From an uncultured Bacteroidales bacterium (GTDB lineage: Bacteria > Bacteroidota > Bacteroidia > Bacteroidales > UBA10428): a stretch of 64,000 nt of DNA. Both the position numbers and the translations under genes were made by a program. Shown piece by piece: positions 1-10,345 of the stretch. Every line of letters begins with the position of its first letter. The first letter of the stretch is position 1. The DNA lies in NCBI GenBank assembly GCA_964461435.1, contig CAYWUI010000015.1:132-64131 (forward strand). The letters run 5' to 3'. The notes beneath the pieces were generated by a model. It did not search any database, had not been told where the DNA came from, and saw only the letters and a program-made list of their open reading frames with translations.

Positions 1-1068
1 CCTCCAAGGGCCAGACATCAAATTGCATATGCTCTTTCAAAAAAGGATTCCGTAGAATTCATATCAGCAAATAAATTCGGATTTCCTAAAATAAGAAAAA
101 CAGAAGTATATAACAATCTGATACTTCTGCAACCTTACTTTCCAATTGATTACAGATTAAGATACCGGTTACCATTAATCAATGAATTTTATCAAAACTG
201 GCTGTTCAGAAAAATAATATCATTAGTAATTGAAGATATTGACAATTATAAAGTAATAAATACTGATTTTACTGCTGTTAAAATTTTTAAATATTTTAAG
301 AATATTGCATATTATTGTAATGATGATTTCACTGGTATCAGCGAACTTATCAATCCGATATCGCTTATAGTAAGATTTCACAGGAAATGGGAAAATGAAA
401 TAGTCAGAAATTCTTTATTTTGTGTCTCCACTTCAGATTTTTTAACAAAAAAAATAAAAGAAAAAAATAATAATGTATATGAGATACATCTTGGAGCACC
501 AAATATTAAGGATTTCGGAGTTGAAGCCAATTTAAGCATTAATAAAAATGAATTCATTAATGCAGGGCTGGTTGGATTTATAAATTGCCACTATACTTCA
601 ACAAAAATTATAAATAACTTATTGGAACATCCTGAGATATATATTACACTTATAGGTCCTGTCAGCAAAAAATTCCTAAAAAGAATTAATAGAAAAGATA
701 AAATTATATTGAAAGGAATATTAACAGGGAAAGAGCTTTACAAAGAAATTAATAATTTTGATGTCGCCATTATTCCATACGATTTAGAGAGATTTAAAAT
801 AAATAAAGGCATTACCCCTAACAAACTCTGGCAATATCTTGCGTTAGGTAAACCGGTTGTAGTAACTGATTTTCACAATATAAAAAGCTGGAAATTCCCT
901 GATGATTGTGTTTATAAAGTTTCAGAAGGGAAATTCGTGGAATTCGTATTTAAAGCTTATGAAAGAAATACAACAGATCTGATAAAAAAGAGAATTTCTA
1001 TTGCTGCCAATAACACGTGGGATAAAAGAGTTGAAGATATAATTAGAATATTTAATAAATATGTTTAA
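1..1068 (+). CDS. Glycosyltransferase (GT-B, TuaH/GT4-like), 5'-truncated by window edge
   Basis: Frame 1 reads open from base 1 (PPRARHQIAYALSK...YYCNDDF...) into the tracked ORF at 622. C-terminal FDVAIIPY...TPNKLWQYLALGKPVV...NTWDKR is typical of GT-B. Confidence 0.8.
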   Translation, partial: PPRARHQIAYALSKKDSVEFISANKFGFPKIRKTEVYNNLILLQPYFPIDYRLRYRLPLINEFYQNWLFRKIISLVIEDIDNYKVINTDFTAVKIFKYFKNIAYYCNDDFTGISELINPISLIVRFHRKWENEIVRNSLFCVSTSDFLTKKIKEKNNNVYEIHLGAPNIKDFGVEANLSINKNEFINAGLVGFINCHYTSTKIINNLLEHPEIYITLIGPVSKKFLKRINRKDKIILKGILTGKELYKEINNFDVAIIPYDLERFKINKGITPNKLWQYLALGKPVVVTDFHNIKSWKFPDDCVYKVSEGKFVEFVFKAYERNTTDLIKKRISIAANNTWDKRVEDIIRIFNKYV

Positions 1069-1135
1069 TAATTTTCTGCAATATTTTTTTTCTACTTGCT
1101 GCATCATAAAATATTAACTTCTTTTTCATTCTTAA

Positions 1136-1894
1136 ATGAAGATTATAATAAATGCGGATGATTTCGGGCTTTCCAACAACATAAATGAAAGCACTATATT
1201 TTGTTATAAAAACGGCTGTATAACCAGCGCAACATTACTGGCCTATGGGGAAGCATTTGATAATGCTGTAAAAATGGCTAAAGAAAATCCCGGTCTGGGT
1301 ATCGGGGCTCACTTAACTCTGGACGGGCCGTTCTATATTCCTTATTTTCAATCAACTGTAACTGATCCTGAAAACAAGTCTTTTTTCCCAAAGGAAATAA
1401 TTTTAAAAAAAATAAAAAATCATAAAATCAAACATAACGACCTTGTAAGAATTTATTCTATGCAAATCGAGAAGATTCTTGACAATAATATTAATATTTC
1501 GCATATTGACCATCATCATCATTTTCATTTATATTTTCCGGTATTAAATGCATTAATTGATGTAGCAAAAAAATATAAGCTTAAATATATCAGGTCTCAA
1601 AATATATTGTTACATATAAATAAGTCTATTACAAATAAGATTTACAGGTATATTCATCAATTCTATTTAAAACGAAAACTTAATACTACAGATGGATATT
1701 TTGAAATTGCTCCTGATAATCTTGAAATTGTTATAAAAAGACTTGCCAATTTACTAAAAATGAAAAAATATATAGTCGAAATTGAATCACATCCCAAAGA
1801 TTTAAATGATCTGGATTCACGATTTTTACTGGACAAGAGGGTAAATGAATTACTTAAACAGCATTATTTGATAAATTATAATAACCTTACATAA
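1136..1894 (+). CDS. ChbG/HpnK (YdjC) family carbohydrate deacetylase
   Basis: IINADDFG, G.HL.L and SHIDHHHH motifs. Confidence 0.85.
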   Translation: MKIIINADDFGLSNNINESTIFCYKNGCITSATLLAYGEAFDNAVKMAKENPGLGIGAHLTLDGPFYIPYFQSTVTDPENKSFFPKEIILKKIKNHKIKHNDLVRIYSMQIEKILDNNINISHIDHHHHFHLYFPVLNALIDVAKKYKLKYIRSQNILLHINKSITNKIYRYIHQFYLKRKLNTTDGYFEIAPDNLEIVIKRLANLLKMKKYIVEIESHPKDLNDLDSRFLLDKRVNELLKQHYLINYNNLT

Positions 1895-1977
1895 ACTAAG
1901 TATTAACTTTATATCATAAATAAACATAATTTCTAATATATTAATAAATTAAAATAATTATAGAAACATAAAAAAAG

Positions 1978-4125
1978 ATGAAACAATTTATACAGGATTT
2001 TAAGACAGGAAAATTACAAGTTTATGAAGTCCCGAAACCTCAGCTATCAAAAGGAATGGTACTGATTGAAAATAAGTTCTCACTGATTAGTGCCGGTACA
2101 GAAAGAACAACAGTAAGTACTGGCCAGGCATCACTTCTTGGCAAAGCTAAAAAACGACCAGACCTTGTACAGCAGGTTTTAAGTAATGTGAAAAAGGAGG
2201 GACTAAAGGCAACAATAGAAAAAGTGAGAACAAGATTAAGTTCATTAAAGTCATTGGGATATAGTTCAGCCGGAGCAGTTCTTGCTTCAATGGATGCCCA
2301 TAATAAGTTTAAACCCGGTGACAGAGTAGCTTGTGGAGGATTAAATTATGCAACTCATGCTGAAATTGTAACAGTACCTCATAACCTCGTCGCCAAAATA
2401 CCGGATAATGTATCTTATGAAGATGCCGCATATACTACTCTCGGAGCAATTGCACTTCAGGGGGTCAGGCAGGCAGATCCTAAAATTGGTGAAAATATTT
2501 GCGTTATAGGCCTGGGCCTTCTCGGACAGATAACCTGTCAGATTCTTAAAGCTAATGGTTGCAATGTTTTTGGTATAGATATTTCAAAGAATATGGTTCA
2601 TCTTGCCAATCAATTAAATGCTGCAAAAGCCCTTGCCAGAGATGATAGTGGCCTAACATCGGCCGTTGAAGCATTTACAAATGGATATGGATTTGATAAA
2701 GTTATATTAACAGTAGCCACAAAATCAAGTGAACCGATTGATTTTGCCGGTGAGATACTACGCCATAAAGGAACTGTTGTTGTTGTGGGAGGTGTTAAAA
2801 TGGATATTCCAAGAAATCCCAATTACTATCCTAAGGAACTTGAATTGAAATTATCCTGTTCCTATGGTCCGGGAAGATATGATCCAAGCTACGAAGAGGA
2901 AGGTGTTGATTACCCTTATGGTTATGTAAGATGGACTGAACAGAGAAATATGGAAGCATTTCTTAACTTGTTGTCCCAAAGAGTAATAGATCTGAAACCC
3001 CTGACAACTCATATATATGATATTGATGAGGCTGAAAAAGGATATGACTTAATTCTCGGCAAGATAGATGAACCATATATAGGAATCTTACTTAGGTATC
3101 CCGGTAAGGGAAAAGACAATAAAACACTTGTTAAAGTCAATGATAAACCGGCTGAGAATATAAATATTGGATTTATTGGCGCAGGCAACTTTGCACAAAG
3201 TTATTTAATACCAACTGCAAAGAAACTTGGTACACTGGATACAATAGTTAACAGGACAGGTATAAGTTCCAGAAGTGTAGCAGAAAAATTCGGATTCAAT
3301 AATTCGTCTACTTCTGCAGATGATATTTTAAAAAATAATAAAATTAATACCCTGTTTATTGCAACTAATCACGATACACATGCTGAATATGTAGTAAAAG
3401 GACTTAAAGCCGGCAAAAATGTGTTTGTGGAAAAACCTTTGGCTATAAATTATGAAGAAGTTGAAGAAATTGTAAAAACTTACAATAAATGCAAAAATCC
3501 AAAGTTAATGGTGGGTTTTAACAGACGCTTTGCGCCTGTATCAGTAAAATGCAACGAAATATTTAAAAACTCCGGTGAACCAATAATTATGAACTTTCGC
3601 GTAAATACCGGCAGTTCCAAAAAAGTATACAGAACACAGAATGATCCCGGATTGGGCAGAGTAGTTGGGGAAATATGCCATTTCATAGATCTGATGCAAT
3701 ATCTTGCCGGAAGTAATCCGGTTAAAGTATTTGCAGAGTGTATCGACATGGATCATGCACAAATCAGGAATGACGACAATATATGTATCGGCGTAAAGTT
3801 TCAAAACGGATCGATTGGTAATCTAACATATGTTGCCAATGGAGATAGCGGGATGCCTAAGGAATATTTTGAAATCTTTGGTGGGCGGACTTCATTTGTA
3901 ATTGATAACTTTAAACAGGGAGTGTTATACCATAAAAATAAGATCAGGAAGATTAAAAACTCCGGGAAAGGCCATAAACAGGAAATCGAATGTTTTATCA
4001 AATCAATAGCTGAGGGCAGCAGTTCACCAATATCATTTGAATCTATACTTTATACAACAATAACCACATTTAAAATACTCGATAGCCTCGGGACAGGATT
4101 GCCCCAGAAAATTGAATTGTTATGA
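1978..4125 (+). CDS. Bi-domain oxidoreductase (Zn-ADH-like + Gfo/Idh/MocA) of polysaccharide loci
   Basis: SLISAGTE, GLGLLG and SCSYGPGRYD in the N-half; GFIGAGNFA, VFVEKP and VGFNRRF in the C-half. Confidence 0.9.
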   Translation: MKQFIQDFKTGKLQVYEVPKPQLSKGMVLIENKFSLISAGTERTTVSTGQASLLGKAKKRPDLVQQVLSNVKKEGLKATIEKVRTRLSSLKSLGYSSAGAVLASMDAHNKFKPGDRVACGGLNYATHAEIVTVPHNLVAKIPDNVSYEDAAYTTLGAIALQGVRQADPKIGENICVIGLGLLGQITCQILKANGCNVFGIDISKNMVHLANQLNAAKALARDDSGLTSAVEAFTNGYGFDKVILTVATKSSEPIDFAGEILRHKGTVVVVGGVKMDIPRNPNYYPKELELKLSCSYGPGRYDPSYEEEGVDYPYGYVRWTEQRNMEAFLNLLSQRVIDLKPLTTHIYDIDEAEKGYDLILGKIDEPYIGILLRYPGKGKDNKTLVKVNDKPAENINIGFIGAGNFAQSYLIPTAKKLGTLDTIVNRTGISSRSVAEKFGFNNSSTSADDILKNNKINTLFIATNHDTHAEYVVKGLKAGKNVFVEKPLAINYEEVEEIVKTYNKCKNPKLMVGFNRRFAPVSVKCNEIFKNSGEPIIMNFRVNTGSSKKVYRTQNDPGLGRVVGEICHFIDLMQYLAGSNPVKVFAECIDMDHAQIRNDDNICIGVKFQNGSIGNLTYVANGDSGMPKEYFEIFGGRTSFVIDNFKQGVLYHKNKIRKIKNSGKGHKQEIECFIKSIAEGSSSPISFESILYTTITTFKILDSLGTGLPQKIELL

Positions 4126-4142
4126 ACGCCCATTAATGACAA

Positions 4143-5039
4143 ATGTTAGACTACTTAATATCAATAATAAAATATCTTACCCCTGAAAAACTTAAAAGGA
4201 GCATTAGAAAGTATAAACGCTCTTTTAAGAGGATCTCCTTGAAAAAAAACAGGGAATCTTTAAACAGGTTGGCTATTAAAGACTTTAAGGATATTATTGA
4301 AAACAAGCTGAAAATAAAAAAAGGTGATACAATTATTGTACACTCCAGTTTTGGCAACCTTTATGCCGATTTCTCACCTGAAGAGGCCATTAAGTGTTTA
4401 ATGTCTGTGGTTACTGAAAGTGGAAATATTATTATGCCCTTTTATCCGACCGGACATGCATATCACTGGTTAAAGAATAACAACGTATTTGACGTATTTT
4501 CCAGCAAATCCAAAATGGGCATATTAACTCAGACTTTTTCCGAATTCAGGGATGTAAAAATAAGTACGCATCCGGTAAAAGCTGTTGTGGCCTGGGGGAA
4601 AGACAGGGATTTTCTTATTTCCGAACATCATAAATCATTATATCCTTATGATGATAAAAGTCCGTATTATAAAACTCTGTTTTTAAATAACAGTAAAACC
4701 GTAGGATTAGGTATAGAAATAAATTCATTTTTTCATTCATGCGAAGATATTTTCTGGAAAGATAAGGGTAAGATATATTCAAAAAGAACATTTGATGGAA
4801 AATTCAGGACTTATGAAGGAAAGACGGTAGTAGTTAAAACATACGTACATGTTCCTAAAAAAATACAGAACCTTATCTCAAATTGTGAATTTCTTAAAAG
4901 AACAAAATGCCCAACATATTTAAGATTTGAAAATGATAAATGCGTTTTTTATAGTGCTAATAATCAAACTGTTGTAGAACACTCAAAAAAACAATTCGAA
5001 AATAATATTGACAGGATACTGTTATCAAAAAATATTTAG
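4143..5039 (+). CDS. AAC(3)-family N-acetyltransferase homolog
   Basis: IKKGDTIIVHSSF, IIMPFY, STHPV and SFFHSCE motifs. Confidence 0.75.
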   Translation: MLDYLISIIKYLTPEKLKRSIRKYKRSFKRISLKKNRESLNRLAIKDFKDIIENKLKIKKGDTIIVHSSFGNLYADFSPEEAIKCLMSVVTESGNIIMPFYPTGHAYHWLKNNNVFDVFSSKSKMGILTQTFSEFRDVKISTHPVKAVVAWGKDRDFLISEHHKSLYPYDDKSPYYKTLFLNNSKTVGLGIEINSFFHSCEDIFWKDKGKIYSKRTFDGKFRTYEGKTVVVKTYVHVPKKIQNLISNCEFLKRTKCPTYLRFENDKCVFYSANNQTVVEHSKKQFENNIDRILLSKNI

Positions 5040-5041
5040 AT

Positions 5042-6115
5042 ATGCATTTGCTGTTAACTTTTGATTACGAATTATATGGCGATGGCTCAGGAAATGTGTT
5101 CCAGTCGATAATTGAACCAACAAATGATTTTCTATCAATTTGCAATAAATATGATATTAAAACAACAATTTTCTTTGAGGTTGCCGAATACTGGAAGCTT
5201 AAGAAGGAATTTGAAAAGGGCAATAAAATGGGTTATGACACTAACCCGGCAATGGCAATGGAAAAACAGCTCAAAAAAGCAATTTCCGAAGGTCATGACA
5301 TACAATTACATATACATCCGCAATGGTTAACGGCAAAATATGAGAATAACAGGTGGATTATTGATGAGAGAAGATGGAGATTAGCTGAGGTTCCGATGAT
5401 TAACGACAGGGCCCCTAATGTGAATCTGGAAAATCTTATATTAAGAGGAAAAAGCACGATTGAGAATATTCTCAGGCCGGCGGATAATAATTATTCCTGC
5501 AATGTTCTTCGTGCCGGCGGATTTAATATTTATCCTTCTCAGAATGTAGTTAAAGTTATGAAAAAACTGGGTTTTATTGCAGATTCATCTGTTTTTCCGG
5601 GAGGATATGCCGATAGCCGGACATCATTTTTTGATTATAAGAATATTGATAATAAGGATCCCTTCTGGTACAGTGACCATAGAGTAAGGGAAAAGTCCCC
5701 CCCAGGAAAATCAAAAATAATTGAGTTTCCTGTTTTTGCGGATTATATAAAACGATATAAGAAATATGATCTCACCAGAATTAAGATAGCCTTAAAAAAC
5801 AAAAATGCCAACATTGATAAAATAAAAAACAAAATATCATCAAAATCATTTTTCGGCAAGGTGAAATATTTATTTCAAACTGAAGCATTAACATGGGATT
5901 TCTGCTTATTTTCATTTAAAAAAATGAAATCTTTTCTAAAAGCGGCTAAAAAAATTCAATCAATGGCAAATAACGACTTTCATCCTTTTGTATTAATCGG
6001 ACATTCTAAAGAATTTGTATATCCCGGGCAATTTGAAAAATTTATTAGACATACAATAAACGATGTTGAATATCTCACAATGAACCAGGCTATAGAAAAA
6101 ATCAAATCATTATAA
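5042..6115 (+). CDS. Polysaccharide deacetylase-like protein (NodB/CE4-type barrel)
   Basis: LTFDYE, GHDIQLHIHPQW, RAGGF and DSSV motifs. Confidence 0.75.
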   Translation: MHLLLTFDYELYGDGSGNVFQSIIEPTNDFLSICNKYDIKTTIFFEVAEYWKLKKEFEKGNKMGYDTNPAMAMEKQLKKAISEGHDIQLHIHPQWLTAKYENNRWIIDERRWRLAEVPMINDRAPNVNLENLILRGKSTIENILRPADNNYSCNVLRAGGFNIYPSQNVVKVMKKLGFIADSSVFPGGYADSRTSFFDYKNIDNKDPFWYSDHRVREKSPPGKSKIIEFPVFADYIKRYKKYDLTRIKIALKNKNANIDKIKNKISSKSFFGKVKYLFQTEALTWDFCLFSFKKMKSFLKAAKKIQSMANNDFHPFVLIGHSKEFVYPGQFEKFIRHTINDVEYLTMNQAIEKIKSL

Positions 6116-6124
6116 GTGTATTTT

Positions 6125-7297
6125 ATGGGCTTTGTCGAATTAGTTGAAAGCAGTATTAAAAAACTTGAAAGTTACTGTTTATCTGAGGATTACAAGGGTT
6201 GGGATCCATATGATGGGCTGAACAGCAGACTTTTTAAAGGAATTCCTGTTTTGAAAAACAATAAGCTGGCTCAGCTTGCATGGATACAATTCTTTAAACG
6301 CAGTCCGGTTAACTTCCGAAGACTAGCCCTTATTGAAAAAGATTATAATCCAAAAGGATTGGCACTGTTTCTGGCAGGTTATTGCAACTTATACAAAACA
6401 AAACAAAGAGATGAGTATTTAGAAAAAATTAATTATCTGGTTAAAAGAATTATATCTTTAAAAACTGAGGGTTATTCCGGTGCCTGCTGGGGTTATAATT
6501 TTGACTGGCAATCAAGGGCTTTTTATCAGCCAAAATATTTTCCTACAATAGTAGCTTCTGCCTATGTCGGATACTCTTTGCTGGATGCATATGATATAAC
6601 CAAAAATGCCGATATACTGCAAATGGCTTTATCAATTGCTGATTTTATTTTAAATGATTTAAATAAAACATATGATAAAGATGGTAACTATGTATTTTCT
6701 TACTCCCCATTAGACAAGACTGAAGTATTTAATGCCTCTCTGTTGGGTTCAAGGTTGATTTCCCGTTTATTTTATTATTCAAAAAATGAAAATCTGATTA
6801 AAGCAGCTAAAAAATCTGTGGAATTCTGCTGTAAATATCAAAAAAATGATGGTTCGTGGACTTACAGCACTTTACCTTTTCATCAATGGATTGATAGCTT
6901 TCATACAGGATATAATATTGAATGCATCCATGAGTATCAAAAATATTCTGATGACGGTTCTTTCAAGAGCCATCTTGAAAAAGGATTAAAGTATTATCTT
7001 GATACTTTTTTCACCGATGAAGGTAAACCAAAATATTATAATAATTCATTGTATCCGATAGACGTACATGCTCCTGCACAACTAATAATTACTTTAAGCA
7101 GACTGGGAATTCTGCAAAAAAATATTGATCTTTCCAATAAAGTATTAAAATGGACAATTGAGAATATGCAGGCTTTAAAAGGTTATTTTTACTATCAGAT
7201 TAAGAAAAGATATAAAATAAAGATTCCTTACATGAGATGGTCTCAGGCATGGATGTTTTATGCACTTACTGAGTATCTTGCAAATATTAATAAATAA
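6125..7297 (+). CDS. Conserved (alpha/alpha)6-barrel-like protein of polysaccharide loci
   Basis: GWDPYDGLNS, GACWGYNFDWQSRAF, WIDSFHTGY and YMRWSQAWM. Tracked start is GTG 6116; ATG 6125 preferred. Confidence 0.6.
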   Translation: MGFVELVESSIKKLESYCLSEDYKGWDPYDGLNSRLFKGIPVLKNNKLAQLAWIQFFKRSPVNFRRLALIEKDYNPKGLALFLAGYCNLYKTKQRDEYLEKINYLVKRIISLKTEGYSGACWGYNFDWQSRAFYQPKYFPTIVASAYVGYSLLDAYDITKNADILQMALSIADFILNDLNKTYDKDGNYVFSYSPLDKTEVFNASLLGSRLISRLFYYSKNENLIKAAKKSVEFCCKYQKNDGSWTYSTLPFHQWIDSFHTGYNIECIHEYQKYSDDGSFKSHLEKGLKYYLDTFFTDEGKPKYYNNSLYPIDVHAPAQLIITLSRLGILQKNIDLSNKVLKWTIENMQALKGYFYYQIKKRYKIKIPYMRWSQAWMFYALTEYLANINK

Positions 7298-7412
7298 TTT
7301 AAATTACATAATTGATAAATTAGTCAAGAAAATTATACTGTACAACAAAAATTTTTGAAAGGTTGAAAAGTAGTATTTAACTTTATGTCCTTTAAATAAT
7401 AACCTGTATATA

Positions 7413-8423
7413 ATGAAAATATGGTTTGATTTGTCAAACTCTCCTCATATAAATCTTTTTGCAGAGCTGATAAGAGATTTGAAAAAAGAGAATGAAGTTA
7501 TTATAACCTGCAGGCCACTGGCAAACACCATTGAACTTCTTGAGTTGCACAGCTTTGATTTTGAAGTTGTAGGCAAACATTATGGGGGAAAATTGTTTTA
7601 TAAGATTTTCGGTTATCCAATCAGAGTATTGCAACTTAGAAAATTCTTAAAAAAACATAACCCGGATATAGCAGTATCACAAAGTTCATTTCATAGCCCT
7701 TTAACGGCATGGTTATTGGGAGTGCCATCTATCTATATGAATGATAATGAATATGCAGCAGGAAATATTCCTTCATTTATATTTGCTACACAAATCCTTA
7801 TACCTGAATTTCTGGATATAAAAAAAGTGAGAAAGCAATTTGCCAGGAAATCAAAGATTATGCAATATCCTGGTGTTAAGGAAGGCATTTATTTGTGGAA
7901 TGCCGATATCAAGAGAAAAAAATCAAAAGACAAAAAAATATATGTGAGGCCTGAACCATGGATTGCACAATATTATAAAGGAGCCCTTAATTTTATGGAT
8001 GATATGCTAAAATATTTAAAAACCAGGGCAAATGTAATTGTTCTACCCAGGGGAAAAGACCAGGCAATACATTATAAAAAACCGGAATTTTCAGGTATTA
8101 AAGTGCTTGACAAACCTTTAACTCTTAAAGAAATAGCATCAGATTGCAGTTTATTTATAGGTGCCGGTGGTACAATGACAAGGGAAATGGCTGTTTTAGG
8201 AATACCCACAATATCTGTATATCAGGATGAACTCCTTGATGTGGATAAATATCTTATTGAAATAGGAATGATGATTCACAAGCCAGATTTGACCGGTGAA
8301 TTTGCATTTGAATATCTTGAATCTACTGCTGAAAAATCACCCAATAATGAATTGCTCGTTAAAGGTAAAGAAACCTATAATCTTATAAAATCATATATTA
8401 GTAAATTAACCAAAAAGAATTAA
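7413..8423 (+). CDS. DUF354 family protein (GT-B-like)
   Basis: MKIWFDLSNSPHIN, GKHYG and IGAGGTMTREMAVLGIPTIS. Confidence 0.8.
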   Translation: MKIWFDLSNSPHINLFAELIRDLKKENEVIITCRPLANTIELLELHSFDFEVVGKHYGGKLFYKIFGYPIRVLQLRKFLKKHNPDIAVSQSSFHSPLTAWLLGVPSIYMNDNEYAAGNIPSFIFATQILIPEFLDIKKVRKQFARKSKIMQYPGVKEGIYLWNADIKRKKSKDKKIYVRPEPWIAQYYKGALNFMDDMLKYLKTRANVIVLPRGKDQAIHYKKPEFSGIKVLDKPLTLKEIASDCSLFIGAGGTMTREMAVLGIPTISVYQDELLDVDKYLIEIGMMIHKPDLTGEFAFEYLESTAEKSPNNELLVKGKETYNLIKSYISKLTKKN

Positions 8424-8434
8424 ATTAAGTATCT

Positions 8435-9451
8435 ATGATTCGTACCGGAATAATCGGACTTGGTAAAATGGGGCTGTCGCACTGTTCAATACTGGGAGCT
8501 CATCCCGAAGTTGATTTGGTTGCTGCCTGTGATACTTCAGGTCTTATTTTAGAAGCAATGAGCAAATATTCGCCTATAAAAGTCTATACCGACTACAAAA
8601 AAATGATAGGTGAAAATGAGCTCAATTGCGTATTTGTTGCCACGCCCACCAAATATCATGCTGAAATGGTAATTTACAGTCTTGAAAACAATCTGCATGT
8701 TTTCTGTGAAAAACCTTTTAGTCTGCATATTAATGATGGGGAAAAAATGGTGAGGCTTGCCAAAGAAAAAAAACGCATAACCCAGGTAGGTTATCATAAC
8801 AGGTTTTTAGGAACTTTTAATGAAATTAAAAGACTAATAGAATTCCAGGTTCTCGGAGATATCTATCATTTTTTGGGAGAGGCGTATGGTCCTGTGGTCT
8901 TAAAGAAAAAAGGAGGGACATGGCGTTCTGAGACTTCCGAAGGAGGAGGGTGCTTATTTGACTATGCCTCGCATGTGATTAACCTTATTAATTATATTTT
9001 GGGTAATATTACGAATGCAGAAGGTACCTTATTAAAAAAAATATATTCAAAAAGTGTTGAAGATGCGGTTTATTCAACCTTATTCCTTAAAAACGGACTG
9101 AGTGGTATTTTATCTGTTAACTGGAGTGACGAAACATATAGAAAAATGTCAACGCAAATAACTGTCATGGGAACCGAAGGTAAAATTATTTCAGATGCAC
9201 AGGAATTAAGAATCTATCTGAAAAAGGAGAATAAAAAACTTAAACTTGAGAAGGGATGGACAATAAAGTATGTTACTGATTTAACCGCTCCGGTTAATTT
9301 CTATTTAAGAGGGGAGGAATATTCCGCACAGATAGACTATTTTATAAATTGCATTAAGGAAAATGAATTAAACAACAGAAGTTCATTTGAATCAGCGCTG
9401 CAAACCGATTATGTAATTGAACTTTTAAAGAAAGATGCTGAAAGGAGGTAA
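8435..9451 (+). CDS. Gfo/Idh/MocA family oxidoreductase
   Basis: GIIGLGKMG, HVFCEKP, QVGYHNRF and GGCLFDYASH. Confidence 0.9.
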   Translation: MIRTGIIGLGKMGLSHCSILGAHPEVDLVAACDTSGLILEAMSKYSPIKVYTDYKKMIGENELNCVFVATPTKYHAEMVIYSLENNLHVFCEKPFSLHINDGEKMVRLAKEKKRITQVGYHNRFLGTFNEIKRLIEFQVLGDIYHFLGEAYGPVVLKKKGGTWRSETSEGGGCLFDYASHVINLINYILGNITNAEGTLLKKIYSKSVEDAVYSTLFLKNGLSGILSVNWSDETYRKMSTQITVMGTEGKIISDAQELRIYLKKENKKLKLEKGWTIKYVTDLTAPVNFYLRGEEYSAQIDYFINCIKENELNNRSSFESALQTDYVIELLKKDAERR

Positions 9452-9455
9452 TATT

Positions 9456-10313
9456 ATGGATAGAATATTATTTGGTGACAACCAGTTTTTTGCAGTAAAT
9501 CACTTGTCTGATGAAAAATCAAGGGCACAATCGATAAGATTTAAAGATAACAAGGCTATTATTGATGTACTTGATACGGCTATTGAACTGGGGATTATGA
9601 CTTTTATGTGCACCACCCATGATCGCATTGCAGATATCTGTAAACATATACGTGCAAATAATACAAGGTATAAAGATTTTAAAATCTATCCTTGTATGCC
9701 TTATGCCCATAAATATGCTAATGCTGTGACAGAATTGGGAATATTAGGAACACTAAAAGCTTATTTGCCCGGTAATATTTTCAGCACTCTGGCCAAAGGA
9801 GGAATAGCTTTTGCCAAAAAGGATTTTATCTCCATGATGGAATTACTGGTTGATGTAGAGATGAAAATGTTCAAAGGTATAAATACTCCCGTAATCTTCA
9901 TCCAGAATGTGGTAACAGATTTAATTCTGGGCCTGGGAATGAAGGAATTTTTTATTGCGTTTAATAATTATATTAAAAATAAATATAATGCTGAAGCTGG
10001 TTACATAACAATGAATATGCCCATGCTACTTGATACGCTGGAAAGTTGTGGATTGAAAAATCCTATTATCTGCAGTTCAATTAATAAAATTGGTTTCAGA
10101 ATGTCGGGAGGCATTAAACTCTATGAAAAAACAATCAGGGAAAAAAAAATCAGGCCAATTGCAATGCAGGTATTGGCAGCCGGGGCTATACCTCCGGCAG
10201 AGGCATTTGAATATGTTTGCAGGCAAAAAAATATTGAATCAATACTTTTTGGTGCGTCATCCAGAGCACATATTAAACAATCAAGAGATTACATATCAAT
10301 GTATGGCAATTGA
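9456..10313 (+). CDS. Conserved hypothetical protein (possible aldo-keto-reductase-like barrel)
   Basis: MDRILFGDNQFF...AMQVLAAGAI...SILFGAS. ATG 9456 follows GAAAGGAGG. Confidence 0.55.
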   Translation: MDRILFGDNQFFAVNHLSDEKSRAQSIRFKDNKAIIDVLDTAIELGIMTFMCTTHDRIADICKHIRANNTRYKDFKIYPCMPYAHKYANAVTELGILGTLKAYLPGNIFSTLAKGGIAFAKKDFISMMELLVDVEMKMFKGINTPVIFIQNVVTDLILGLGMKEFFIAFNNYIKNKYNAEAGYITMNMPMLLDTLESCGLKNPIICSSINKIGFRMSGGIKLYEKTIREKKIRPIAMQVLAAGAIPPAEAFEYVCRQKNIESILFGASSRAHIKQSRDYISMYGN

Positions 10314-10345
10314 TTAATTATAAATTTTAAGAATAAATATTATAA

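Noticed and set aside
6125-7297. Possible label delta-aminolevulinic acid dehydratase, which I recall being attached to this family
   Set aside because: No HemB motifs; the context is polysaccharide synthesis.
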